DNA from: Vicugna vicugna
Taxonomy: Eukaryota
NCBI GenBank assembly: GCA_013265495.1
Contig: MU058337.1
Location: 6,306,716-6,370,715 of the forward strand
Reading direction: 5' to 3'
Length of the DNA stretch: 64,000 bases
Below, piece after piece: positions 52,017-64,000 of this stretch. Position 1 is the first letter of the stretch; each line of letters opens with the position of its first letter. Under the pieces are notes generated by a model. The model worked only from the letters and a program-made list of their open reading frames with translations. It did no database searches and was not told where the DNA came from. The translations under genes and the position numbers were made by a program.

Positions 52017-52430
52017 TGTATTAGTTTCTTAAGGCTGCCATAATCAATTATCACAAACTTGGCTGCTTAAAACAACAGAGATTTACTCTCTCACAGCTCT
52101 GAAGACTAGAAATGTGAAATCAAAGTGTCAACAGGGCTGCGCTCCCTCCCTGGAGAATCCCTCCTTGCCTGTCCCAGCTTCTGCGGGCTGTCAGCATCCT
52201 CTGTGGCAGCACTGCTCTAATCTCTGTCTCCACGTGGACTTCTCCTCTGTGTCTCTTATAAGGACGCCTGTCACTGGGCTCTGGACACACTCAGGTGAGC
52301 TAGGATGATCTCACCTTGACATCCTAACTATATCTACATGGGCTCTTCTTCCAAATAAGGTTGCATTTACAGGTTCCAGGAATTAGGACATGGACTCATC
52401 TTTTGAGAAGCCACCAATCAATCCACTACA
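52017..52430 (-). mobile_element. MLT1C/D-like solo LTR
   Basis: TG...CA ends (tgtattagtttcttaaggctgccata ... atccactaca) with near-identical 5-bp flanks tgaag/ggaag (probable TSD). Confidence 0.8.
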
Positions 52431-53082
52431 GGAAGGGTATTGCATGAACAGTGAAATGAAGGGTTCTTCAGAAGAGCTGCTGCAACACCGTGTGTTAATG
52501 ATGGTGAGGTCTCCCTTTGCCACCTTTCCCTCTCTAGATCCTATGTTAAAGATCATAGCGCTGTCCTCAGCCACATTCAGCCTCCCCATTCGTTCTGTGC
52601 GTCAGTGCCTGTTCTTGCCATTTTAGCTTCTCTCCACTGAAAGAGCACCTGTGAAAGGGGAGAGAAGGATGGTACTTCTGAATCACCGTCTTTAGGATGT
52701 GTGTTTGGATTAATTATTTCCACCAAGGACACTAGCTTTTCCATTTAGTCCTAGTAGGTATCTTTCATCATCCAAAGAATGCATTTTTAGATAATTGGCT
52801 ATGGTTTGGAATCATAAAAACATACAATTTTAGGGCTGAAGAAAGCTCAGCAATTATCTAGTCATTTTAGAAATAAGGAGCAAAGTCCCAGAGAGATCAA
52901 CAAATCACTGAAAGTCATCAATGCAACGGGGACAGAGCCAGGCTGTAACTCAAGCCTTCTGATGCCTATTTAAGCACTTTTTCCCTCAGTCACACATAAT
53001 ACAGAATGTGGTGCAAAGCTCTTTCCTCTGTGGATTACTCAAGATGTTGGCTCACTGGTGCTACCCAATGAGACAATCAACC

Positions 53083-53443
53083 TTCTATGGACTGAACGTT
53101 TTGCTTCCCTCAAAGTCATATGTTGAAGCCCTAACCCCCAAATGTGATGGTATTTGGAGGAGGGGGCTTTGGGAGGTAATTAGGTCATGAGGGTAGAGCC
53201 CCTGAATTGGATGAGTGCCCTTATAAGGAGAGACCCCAAAGAGATGATCTTTCTCTCCACCACGTGCAGGCATGACAAGAAGGCAGCTATCTACGAACCA
53301 GGAAGAGGGATCTCACCAGGAACCAAATTATCCTGCACCTCGATCTTGGACTTCCCAGCCTCCAGACTGTGAGAAAGAAATGTCTGTTGTTCAAGCAACC
53401 CAGTCTACGACATTTGTTATAGCAGCTCGAACTGACGATCACA
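53083..53443 (+). mobile_element. MLT1A-like solo LTR
   Basis: ctatggactgaacgtt...catatgttgaagccctaacccc...gacttcccagcctccagactgtgaga...tttgttatagcagc. Confidence 0.8.
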
Positions 53444-56400
53444 ATCCAATGAATATATTGAACAATATTTACTGAGTGTGTGCGATGGTGTGGACAAGGT
53501 CTCTGCTCTCACAGAGCTTTCACACTCATGTGAGTGATGGACTGATGGTACTCGAAAGGCTGCAAGGCTCTGATCCAGCTTTCACATTAGAGTGTTGTTT
53601 GGGCTAAGGTTACCTAGTTCTACTCCTGATTCTTCACTACACCCTCAGAAGAAAGGAAAAATACCTGGAGTTAATGTCCTCACTTAGAAGTGTTTAACTT
53701 GTCAGGTGTCATGTTTGAGTCGAAAGCATCTCTTGGGCTGGAAAACAAGTCTCCTCAATTCCTCTCAGTGCTTAACTCTAAAATGAAGCAGGAATCCAAG
53801 GTCAACAACCCAAGTTGGTTTTTTTTTTTTAAGACTCATCATTGTCCATAAAATAAAGTATATTATCTCTTGGGAACTGTAAAGCCATCAACTAGCTTCT
53901 CATAAATGAGAGGTATTTTCTGGTTGACACAGTGGGCAAAAAAGACCCAGATGGTGGATCCTTTTGGCATGACTTATCTGCTCTAGCTGCCTAATGCATT
54001 TCTTCACTGTGTTAATTCTTGCATCAGAACCATCATGGCAGTTTGCTTATTTCCAAAAAAAGACAAAAAAGTAAAGATTTTTGTCTGTAGGATTCTTGCC
54101 TTCCTCCTTCGACAGTGGGGTGGCCTATTCTCTGCAGGGAGCAACTGAAACGAACTGGATCCTTTGATGGAAAAAAATCTCAAAGTTCTGGCCCATGCAA
54201 GGTTCAACATAATCCCTTCCTCATGAAACAGAAAAGAGGACCGAACTTTTGGTGGGCATGTTACCTGGGCTTGACCTGATGTCTGGTGAAGATTCAGAAT
54301 TTATTTTAAAATGGGTTTTGGCTTGTTGGATAGAGCATGTTGCATTACTGCTGGCTGAAGAGTGAGTCCCGCGGGCTTGCGGCTCTGTCTTCTTTCATGA
54401 GGAATCCCTGCCAATCCAGGATCTGTGAACTGCTTCTGCCAGCCAATCTCTAATTTAGCATATGTACAAAGCCAATTTTTGGACACCATAATGGAGCCTG
54501 GCACCTCTGCAGCCCACCATGTTTGCAATGCTCACAGTGAAATAAGTAGTTAGCAAGATAGAAAAAAATATGCCATGAAAAGGCTTTTTAAATTCACAGA
54601 TAAATCGTCTATGTATTATATATGTATATGTATCTCTCTCCTGCTTTTCCAACATAAACTTCCCCCATGGCTTTCCTTGTGGTTATTTCATTTAGGTTTT
54701 CAATCTGGATGCACTTAGCAATAGCCAACACTGACAAAGATAAAACCCTGTTCCCCACTGAGAACTTCTGATTTTTAAAACGTAGAAATGCTGCTCTTTA
54801 CAAAATAGGACATCTCCCTTTTAATTAGCTTCAAAATACACCCAAATAATTTGCAACTAGGAAATGATACCATTTTAGAGTACTTAAAAATAATTTCCAT
54901 GCATGCAAAACCAATTTAAGGAGAGGCACAAGCTAGTGAGACCTTCCGTTTTAAGATAAACTGAGCTGCTTCTTTGCGGACAGCTGTCACAACCATGGGA
55001 AAAGTCACCTAGCCCTCTGGCTTTGATCATTGTTTTCTCTCAGAAAACCCACGTCTAAGGTGTACTAGCTGAAATATTTGGGAACAAGTGCTACTGAGGC
55101 TTGAGTACCCCCATCCATCTGTGCTGAAAATGTGGGTCTTCCTGCCTTCCTCCCTTCTAGAGATTTTCTGGCCAGTCATCTAGTTTTCTAACAGTTGTTC
55201 AAAAGAGACTAGGTAGCCACAAAAGCTCTATGGTGTCATGTCTATCTTTGAAAAATAAATCCATGTATTGTGCTCATTCACCCTGCAATGTGCTGGCCCT
55301 GAGTCCTGAGAAGGGCGTCCATCAGAAGAGGCATTTTGACTTTTCCCTGTGCATGAATGAAATCAAACCTTTGAATAAAAGGGAGAGGGAAACTATGTGA
55401 TTTTCTGATGTGTATTTCTTCCAATGCTTAGATTGTGACAATGGTCAACTTTCTAGCCCTTTTGGTAATAAATAAGATCCCTGCTCTCCCAGCCAGGTGA
55501 GCCATTGCTGATAGGTTTGCTAGCATGGGATGAACAAACCCTCCCAAACCATACCCAGACCTCACCTGCTATGGCTTCTGTTGGTGGAAAAAGAGTCTGA
55601 ACCCTGCCTGTATAAATATAAATATTTTAGGAGCTTGGCTGATGGCAAGCTTTGCACGGCCACGCAGAAGCCAGGCTTGATTGCCCTGGCCTGGTGTGGG
55701 GCTCCCCAGGTGGCAGGGGCTGAGAGCGGGCCACGCAGTTGGTGGGGGGTGGATGTGAGTGCCTCCAGTCATTCTGAGTAGCCCCTGGGCTCATTAGTGA
55801 CGAGGGCTGACAGGCTCCTAAGGGGAGGTCCTGTCCGGTTTCTTTCTGCAGCAGGAATGATGGGCCATGCATGGGGTCCTGAGGCAGAGACTGGGGACTT
55901 TTTTGTGTGACCGTGACTACATTCCTCATCAACAAGGCCACACTCATGGTCTCTTTGGAGGCCATTGACTCACTAGAGGATTACCATTAAGAGACGTCTG
56001 CTCAGCGGCGCCAAGTTCTTTCCCCACCCCTCAGGGGCCAGCATAGTGCCTCCATGCGGCTTCACCCAAGCCAGACAGAAGGGCAGGGCACCAGGTCTGG
56101 GAATTAGAGAGGGCGATCGATATGTGTATACGGAACACAGTCACGGACAATTGAAAAGGCTTACACGTAACCCCACTGGGAACAGTTTAAAACTGAAGTC
56201 TGTGATAAATGACTCACGGAACCCAGGCCCTGACTCGTGTGCCTGGGAATGGCCAGAGGTGAGGTTCCTAACATTTGTGATTCACAGAGTTCAAGTGACT
56301 GGAATGTAGTAAAGGATTCTAGGACTGGTCCTGCAAATATAAATGACTACTTAAACAGGGAAGAATTTTTCACTCCTGAGTGATCCTGAAACCTTGAATT

Positions 56401-56887
56401 ACGAGATCATCACCTTTCAAATTTAGTTTCGAAAGAAAGACTACTTCAGTGAAACATGAAGCTTACAACTTCAGTCCCAGTCTCAGCACCCAGAGACAAC
56501 TGCCACCTCGTCTGTATATTGAGGTTCTTTACTGATGGGCATGCGTGCAAGTGTGGAGACCATCTAGGGGAATAATTAGAGACTGTACAGTTATCAGAAC
56601 CAAGGCACATCTGGGATTCAAATGCAGATGTTCTGAACTTCTAACTTTTGATGAGGTAAAATCAATAAGGGTTTTTTAAAAATGGAGCTCAGTTATATAA
56701 AAGTTCAGTAGATTTTAAAACCAGAGTTGGATTATAACTTGGGATTAATTTATGTGGTCTGTTGTTCCAGTAATGTGGCTGATTTTCCAAGTGAAAAGAA
56801 AACATTCTGTACTCTGGACTGCTGAAAGTTGGGTTTATAATAGAGACACACACACAAAAAAAAGATAAACTCTGGATAGAAAGAAGC

Positions 56888-57273
56888 TGTATTAGTCAGG
56901 GCTCTCTAGAGAAACAGAACCGAAAGAAGATATACATAGGTAGATAGATAGGTATCTTTCTGATAGATTGATTTTAAAGAATTAACTTGTGAGATGGCAT
57001 ATTCAAAATCCATTAGGCAAGCTGGAGGAAACTTGGGCAGGAGTTGATGGTATAATTCTGGGGCTGAATTTCTTCTCCAAGAAACCTCAGATTTTGCTCT
57101 TAAGGCCTGCAACTGATTAGGTGAGGCCCACCTACATTATCCAGGGTAATCTGATCTATATAAAGTTACCTGATTGTAGGTGTTAACCACAGCTACAAAA
57201 CATCTTCCCAGCAACATCTCAATTAGTATTTAATAAATAACTGGGTACTATAGTTGACATATTAAGCAGATCA
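56888..57273. mobile_element. MLT2-like (ERVL) LTR
   Basis: tgtattagtcagggctctctagagaaacagaacc...aactgattaggtgaggcccacctacattatccagggtaatctg. Confidence 0.75.
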
Positions 57274-57924
57274 ACCCAGTAGCTTTCTTCAAAACTGAAA
57301 TAATAAGAAATGCTTCAGTCCATGAAGATTCAGCCTTCTCCCTTTTGGAAGGGTCCATGCCATCACATGAGGCATGACACACCAATGATCTGCAGCTCTA
57401 CGGTATTCCTCACCAGAGGCCCACTGGAAGAGGGTTGCAGATCCTGGGCCTTGTACAGGTGGTGTGCAGAAAGGGGACTGCCAAATAAGCCAAGGTGGAG
57501 GGGAGGAAGACCCAGCTATTTCATGGTTTCCATCCTGGCTCTACCCGTGTCTCTGAAGCAGTGATTCCAACTACAGCCAATACATGACCGGTTGTCTGTG
57601 CTTCCTGCCTGACCAGTTCCTGGTATGTGCCTCCATTACCATCATTCTCAATAGTCACTCAATATGCCCTTTGAGCATGAAGTGCTCGAAACATGTGGGT
57701 GAACCTCATATGAATGTCCTGTATTGGGCCAACAAGTCATGGCTATTCTCATCCCAGAGAAACATAAGCTTCCTTCCCTGCTAATTATACTCTAAGTCTT
57801 TCCTTCATAATTTTTTATATTTATAAAATACTTTAAACACAAAACAGCCTTCATCTGAAGAGGACTAAATTAAAAGGAAAAAAAAACTTGGAACAAGATG
57901 CATCATTTTGATCTCTGAGGTTAG

Positions 57925-58120
57925 ATAATAATAAGTAAAATTTACATGGTTCTTTATCATTTACAAAGTGCTTTCACATACACTTATTTTATTTTTATCC
58001 TTGCAGGAACCCTGGGAGGTAGATGGTATTATCTCCATTTTACAGATGATGACACTAAGGCTGGGAGAGGTTAACAGACTTTCCTGATATCATACGGCCA
58101 TCAGGCTGCTAAGCAGGGAC
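57925..58120. mobile_element. MIR SINE
   Basis: aaagtgctttcacatac...ggaggtagatggtattatctccattttacagatgatgacactaaggct. Confidence 0.7.
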
Positions 58121-59269
58121 AGGAACTACAGTCTCCTGCCCCTAGCTCCATGTTGGGCTGGCTGCCTAGACTACTTTAGGACTTGTCGTGGGTGATTAGC
58201 TCAACTCTCAAACCTTATTTCATAGAGTTACATAAATGTGGCCAGAATCTGACTGTCCAATAATCCTGAAGCGACTATCTACGTATGGAAAACCTTCTCT
58301 GGAGGCAGTGTTCCCACATATGGCCAGGTACCTTCCCTCCATGTGTCTTACTTGGTGCAGAGAGCTCTATGGGAAATCAGTGGGAGGTCTGCACAATGAA
58401 GAGCAGGGAATGAGAAGCAACAGGATGTGAATCTATTTCATAAAGTGAAAACTTACATCCTAACAAATAATTAAGAAAAAATCTGAAGTCATTTCCTCAG
58501 CTGATCATCACGGGCAGAGCCAACTTTGGATTAAACACTTCTGCTCAGTGGTTTTGACATTCTCAGTCAGGCATATCTTGATGAAATTAGAGATGCAGAA
58601 AATATTTTTTGATGGAGTGCAGGGACAAAACAGTTAGAAGGGAAGCCAATTTTGTGTACAAACTTGTGCAGACTGAGATAAAGACGAAAAGAAGAAGCAA
58701 CAGAGTAAGAAGTGTGGGCTCCTGTGAGTGTGTATAAATGAAAAGAGATGAAAGCAAGTGACAAAGAGGGAAGGGGAAGCTGAGGTGATGCTAATTAATT
58801 AGATTTTGAGATCTTGGCAGCAAGAGGTGTGTTTATAAACGATCTTCACTAAAACATACCTTTCCAACTAGTAACTGTTTTATTTGCCAGAAATAGTCTC
58901 CATCTAATTATTCTGTACTTGTTTCAATCCAAAAGTGGAGAAAGAAATATTAATAAATGAACATAGTTATTCTTATGCTATATGCTATAACATATATGTC
59001 TGCAGAGTTTAACATATTGAATGCTCAATTAATAAAGTGTGGCTAATTCAAACTATTTTACACAAAAGATTAAGTGGGGAGCTATTAGTCAGAAGGCTTT
59101 CAAAGTAGTGGAAAATAAAAATTAGACCAAAGATATAAGAAATAATAAAATGTTAACCATTTAGGAATCTTTTAATAACATGTTTATACTAAGCCACCAG
59201 CAAGCCAACTAGTTTTCCTCTTGGGATTTAAGTCTAGAAAAGTCTGATCTGTGAGGATAGAGTAAAGAC

Positions 59270-60150
59270 TTGCAGACATGCCAAATCTTAAAAAAAAAAA
59301 AACAAAACTCGCATGTATCCTCTCTGAGGCAGTCAATAAAAGATATACTCCATTAAAATGAAAGAATAAACCAAGAAAGAAAGAGACATGAGACCCAATA
59401 AACAGAGTATCCAACTGAGAAATTAGGGCAAAGGACTTCCCAGGACGGCAGGAAGGGAAGTTCCCACATAACAATTATGGAATATTATTCAGCAATAAAA
59501 AGAGCTATCAAGCCACAAAAAGACACAAACGAAACTTAAATACATATTGATAAGTGAAAGGAGCCAGTCTGATTCCAACTATATGACATTCTGGAAAAGG
59601 CAAAACTATGGAGACAGTAGAAAGATCAGTGGTTACCAGGGGTTCACTGGGAGCAGGGTGAATAGAGCAGGGGGGATTTTTAGGGTAATGAAACTATTCT
59701 GTATAATACTGTAATGGTGGATACATGACATTATGCAGTTGTCAAAACCCACAAACTGTACAACACAAAGAGTGAATCCTAGTGTAACCTATGGACTTAA
59801 GTTAATAAATTCAGAAACTAAATAAATAATACCAGGGCAGTCATTACTTTCACAAAAAACAAGAAAGCAAATATAATCACAGTAAATCAAATGGCTCAGT
59901 TGTGAAAATACAGACACATTAAATAAACACTGAAAATTGATATAATCCTAAAATATTTTATATTTACATTGGGAAAATGGGGATAAGGGAGATGGATGAG
60001 GGAGCGCAATCCTCATCTTACATTAAAAAAGAAGTCAATAGATAATATATAAAATTGAAAATTCAAGAAATAACAGTATATACATGCTATTTAGAAAGAG
60101 CAAAAAAAATGAGAAAAGTTGAAAGTAATTTATTCTAGGGATCAAGACTT
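59270..60150 (+). mobile_element. Old L1 (L1MC/MD-like) 3' UTR fragments
   Basis: tatggaatattattcagcaataaaaaga...tgacattctggaaaaggcaaaactatggagacag...gtcaaaacccacaaactgtacaac. Boundaries approximate. Confidence 0.7.
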
Positions 60151-60689
60151 GGGGAGGGACAGGGAAGTCAGAATTTTCTCTATGAGCTTTATTGCAACAA
60201 AAAGGAAATGCATAAGTCAGCTATGTTTCCCTGATTCCTCGGCATTTTGAGGCACAGTTACGTAGTAGGTAGGGCACCATATTAAATCAGAGCTATGATC
60301 TCTCTCTCCGAGCACACAGACCATATTTTACTCCTCATCTCATTGCAGACGTGTGCCATTTGTCTGAATGGAAACTGGGCTAGAGCACTTGGACAGATCA
60401 GCACAAATCCATGATCACCGCTCACTAAGGCTCTTCGGTGTGATTTGTCAGTGTGTTGCACTTGATCTTGTTGAGAATGGCTCTTTTTAAGTCACCAAGT
60501 TTGCTGCTGCTAAGGCACCAACACAGACTAAGGAATTCAGCTTTCATGAGTTAGTCTCAGCCTTACTTCTGAATCATTTTTTTTGACTTCTTTCATGACC
60601 CTGCTCCTGTCCCAGTTTTAAGCCTTCCAGCCACGAGTCCTGCTGTTTTGCTCTGCTGTCTACATTCTTACCGAGTCATTTGGACTTGA

Positions 60690-61110
60690 TGGTGTGGGTC
60701 CGGTATTTGGGTAATAAACCATCCCAAAACCTAACAGCTTACAACCACAACCATTTTACTTGCTCCAGATTCTGTGGGTCAGAATTTGCACTGGCCCACC
60801 AGGTGGTTCTTCTGCTGGTCCCACTGGGGGTCACTTATGTGCATCCAGTTATCTGGTGGCTTGACTGGGGATGGATGATCTAAGATGGCCCCACTCACAT
60901 GTCTGATTATTAGTGCAAACTGTCATGAGGCCCATATGTCTCCAGCGGGGGAGCCAGGGACCAATCATGGGGTGGCAGAGTTGCAGAAGGGCGAGCCCCA
61001 ATATGTTCCCCTGGCGAAGGCAAGCCAAATGGGCCAAACCAGGATCAATGCAGGAGGGAACTACACAACAGTGAGGATATGGGAGGTATGAATCGTGGAG
61101 TCTACCCCAG
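60690..61110. mobile_element. Old MLT1 LTR fragment
   Basis: catcccaaaacctaacagcttacaaccacaaccattttacttgctccagattctgtgggtcagaatttg. Confidence 0.55.
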
Positions 61111-63199
61111 ACACTTTCCCTAGTTGTGCTCTGGCTTTCTGCTTGATCTCTGGCCAGCAGCCCTCAAATGGAATATCTCCAGGAAATGGATGTGCCATTT
61201 TTTCTCTCCAAGAAGAATGTAAGCTCACTGGGGATTTATTTTTTATCCTTTCTCACCCACCCACGGAAGAAGACAAAAGCAGTGTGCTTTCTGTGAGGGA
61301 GTCAGGTCCCTCTGCCACTAGGCTAGGAGGAGAGTAGGGGGAGAGGAAGGGTCCCCACACATGCAGTGCCTTGGTGCTGCCTCGCAATGCACACCAAAAC
61401 TCCTTGGCTATGCCCTTCATGGAACAAAACAAGCCTGATTTTTCCATAGAAGAATAACATGAATTAAACCAATTAAGAGCCAGGTACTGGGTTAAGATGC
61501 TGGGCATCCAAAGACAAATACATTATAGCTTCTGTCTTTAAAGTGCTCAGTCTAGTAAGGGATATGAATAAATACAGACATCTTTCAACATCCAAAATCT
61601 AATCCATCCCTTGAAAATGGCTGGAGAGCAAGTTTTCGGATAGCAAGAGCCTGTATTCTAGCATTATGAATGGAATTGGAAGTGTTATGCTCTCAGCCCA
61701 CCCAAAAACCTTCAGAACACATTTTTAAAAGTTTAACTGCCCACAAAACAACCAACCAAGTATTTTCTACATAATGTAAAGGATTTAAAACTCTATTTAA
61801 TTAGCTAACAATGAATAGAGCACCCATGAGTGTGCTTTTTCCAGTACATAATACTATATAGTAGCAGATACAACTTATGTCTGCCTTCTATGCCACATTG
61901 AACATGCACCGTAATGTATATAAACAATGTAACAACATGCTAAGGAACCTTTCTTAGAAGACAACAACATGAGATGGACTGGCCGTTAGTGATAACGCAC
62001 ACACACTGAGGTGACATGCAGTGCGATCCCAGCGGGGATACACCGAACACCCTCTGCTCTGAATCCATACTAAACCTAAGTGTTTCTGCCTGTACACACA
62101 CGCAAACCCATGTTGGAATTTTGATCCAGATAGTGAATGCTGGGTTGAAACTTTCTGCAAGTTGTTATAGTGACGTTAATCGTGAGAGTTTGAATAGTGC
62201 CAGAGTTTTCTTTAACGTTGAGACTGTGAAGCAATGTGACAAAGTAGAGGGTTATATGATGGAAGAAGAAAATAAAACTGAACACAGATGAATATGACTA
62301 GGTAGACATTCTGTGTGCATATGTGCAAAGTAAACAGTATATTGAAACAGCACATCCACTGTTACTGTGATACACTTCTGAGTGATTTTTTCCATTTCTA
62401 TTATTCTATTATTGTTATAGTGTTGTTTTTGCAGTTAAGACAAGATTTTTAAAATATGGGCATAGTGCAAAAACAATGGATACAAACATAAGAGTGAGCA
62501 CCCGTGAATGCAAACCCCCATTCCTCCCCATGTAGGAACTTCAGCGCCTGCTTAGACCACTGCAGGTGGAGAAGGTTGGACCCTCAGGAAAGATCACCTG
62601 GATCAGGTCTGCTTTAGGGAAGCCGGGATTCTCGGCAACCAGCAGCCACTGAACACACATGTCAGAATGTATATAGATTAAATACAAGTATCTTGCTTTG
62701 TAGAGTAGGTGGCTGAGGCTGTATTACATTTTTGTAATTTAAATTATACTAAAGATACACAAGGGGAACTCCCCTTGCAGAGAATTCTTTTGATGAGTAA
62801 AAATTCCTTTAACTGTAGTAGTCACCCCCCTGATTTAATTGTTTTGATAAGTTGGATTTTCTCAAAGCAAGGTGTAACAGCAGCATCTCACACTAGTTTT
62901 AGACAATTAGGGTACATCAGCTTGATGGAATAACAGTCATTAACATTTATAATTATGAAGACTGTGGCGATGTGGGAAAGTGCTTGTGGTGTGTTAAGTG
63001 AAAAGGAGCTAAATATAAAATTATATTTAAACGATTACTGCAACTAAGTCAAAATGCACAGGGAAAGGCTGGGAAAGAACATAGAATAATGGAAGTATTT
63101 TTACACACATCACATATCAATCTCAAAAGGATTAAGTGGAGCTTTGCACAATGCAAATCCTACCTTACAGCTAAAGAAGCTGAAGAGGGTAGACCTCAT

Positions 63200-63625
63200 G
63201 TTTTAGCTACAGCAGTGTGAGCTGCCATAAGACATTCACAATCACAGGGACTTAACACACTGGTAGCTCCTTTCTTATTCATGTCAACTTTAATCTGTGG
63301 TGGGGTGGAGTTGGGGGGCTATGCTTTCTGTTCCACGCAATCTTCAGGGATCCAGGCTGCCAGTGGCTCTGTCATCTTAACCCACAACGTCCAAGGTCTC
63401 TCTCTGGTTATCAACAATCAACAAGGAGAAGAACATGGAGGGTAGCGAAAAGAAAAGGTTTTGCGGGCAATAGCTGGACGTGTACAACACTTCTACCCAC
63501 ATTCTGTGGGTCAACATTTAATCACATGGCAATATGTAACTGCAAAGGAGGCTGGGAAATATCATTTGTGCACCAGGAGGAAGTAGAAGCCAGTTTTCGT
63601 GAATAACAAGCTGATCTCTACCACA
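63200..63625. mobile_element. Old MLT1 (K/L-like) LTR fragment
   Basis: cagggatccaggctg...cacttctacccacattctgtggg...cacatggc...aactgcaaaggaggctgggaaat. Confidence 0.55.
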
Positions 63626-63712
63626 CAAATTCCCACATCTAACCAGAGGTAGAGCAAAAACTGGAACCTAGGTCTTCCTATCTTAGCTCAGTGCTTACAA
63701 TTTCACCTCTCA

Positions 63713-63719
<7 letters not shown>

Positions 63720-63770
<51 letters not shown>
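63720..63770 (+). repeat. (CT)n(CA)n compound microsatellite
   Basis: Read directly. Confidence 0.92.
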
Positions 63771-63774
<4 letters not shown>

Positions 63775-64000
63775 CTAAAGATAAAGACTTACATGTTGAA
63801 ATATAAATGAGGACAGTCAGTCCATTTAAGGACTCTCAATATACAATCTAATTCTTTTTAGGAAACACGTTACATTCTCAACGAAAATCATCCCAGGGAA
63901 GGAGATACCAAGGATAAACCCAGGTTCTTGAGTAAGAGAATCCAGGGCTAAGAGCTGACTTGACTGAGAAAGAATGAGCAGATGCCTACGTAATTCCATG

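Larger units (their letters stand above)
4280..64000 (-). other. CLYBL: CLYBL gene body (partial: part of intron 2 through last exon; exons 1-2 not found in the window)
   Basis: Six minus-strand exons splice in frame to 257 aa + stop matching the CLYBL C-terminal region. No sequence encoding the exon 2 peptide (YIPRRAVLYVPG...) was seen in 32.9-64 kb. Confidence 0.93.

Noticed and set aside
1..64000. CRISPR arrays, operons, IS elements or other prokaryotic systems
   Set aside because: The sequence is clearly mammalian (spliced gene, LINE/SINE/LTR repeats), and no regularly spaced repeat-spacer array or foreign-looking insert was seen.

Overview
Mammalian genomic DNA, most likely a camelid (a tRNA-Ala-derived Vic-1-type SINE at ~25.05-25.22 kb). 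The window holds the 3' three-quarters of CLYBL (mitochondrial citramalyl-CoA lyase) on the minus strand. Six coding exons (exons 3-8 in human numbering, ~aa 84-340) have GT-AG splice sites and matching phases, giving an intact 774-nt reading frame. A probable non-coding last exon lies at ~4.28-4.40 kb. Everything from 32.9 kb to the window end appears to be intron 2; exons 1-2 were not found. The first ~1.4 kb is a CpG island with no visible gene, carrying TCF, SOX, ZIC and RFX-like motifs. In mammals CLYBL lies next to the ZIC5/ZIC2 pair, so this island and several motif-dense intronic blocks are candidate long-range enhancers (inference). The rest is ordinary mammalian repeats (L1, MIR, L2, MLT LTRs, MER DNA transposons, microsatellites), including a three-level nested insertion. 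I see no prokaryotic-type system, CRISPR array or second gene. The most unusual observation is that exon 7 starts with an AG|GTAAG recursive-splice-like motif, and skipping it opens an alternative, NMD-escaping frame of exon 8 containing CxxCH. This is speculative. Repeat subfamily names and human comparisons are from memory, not searches.
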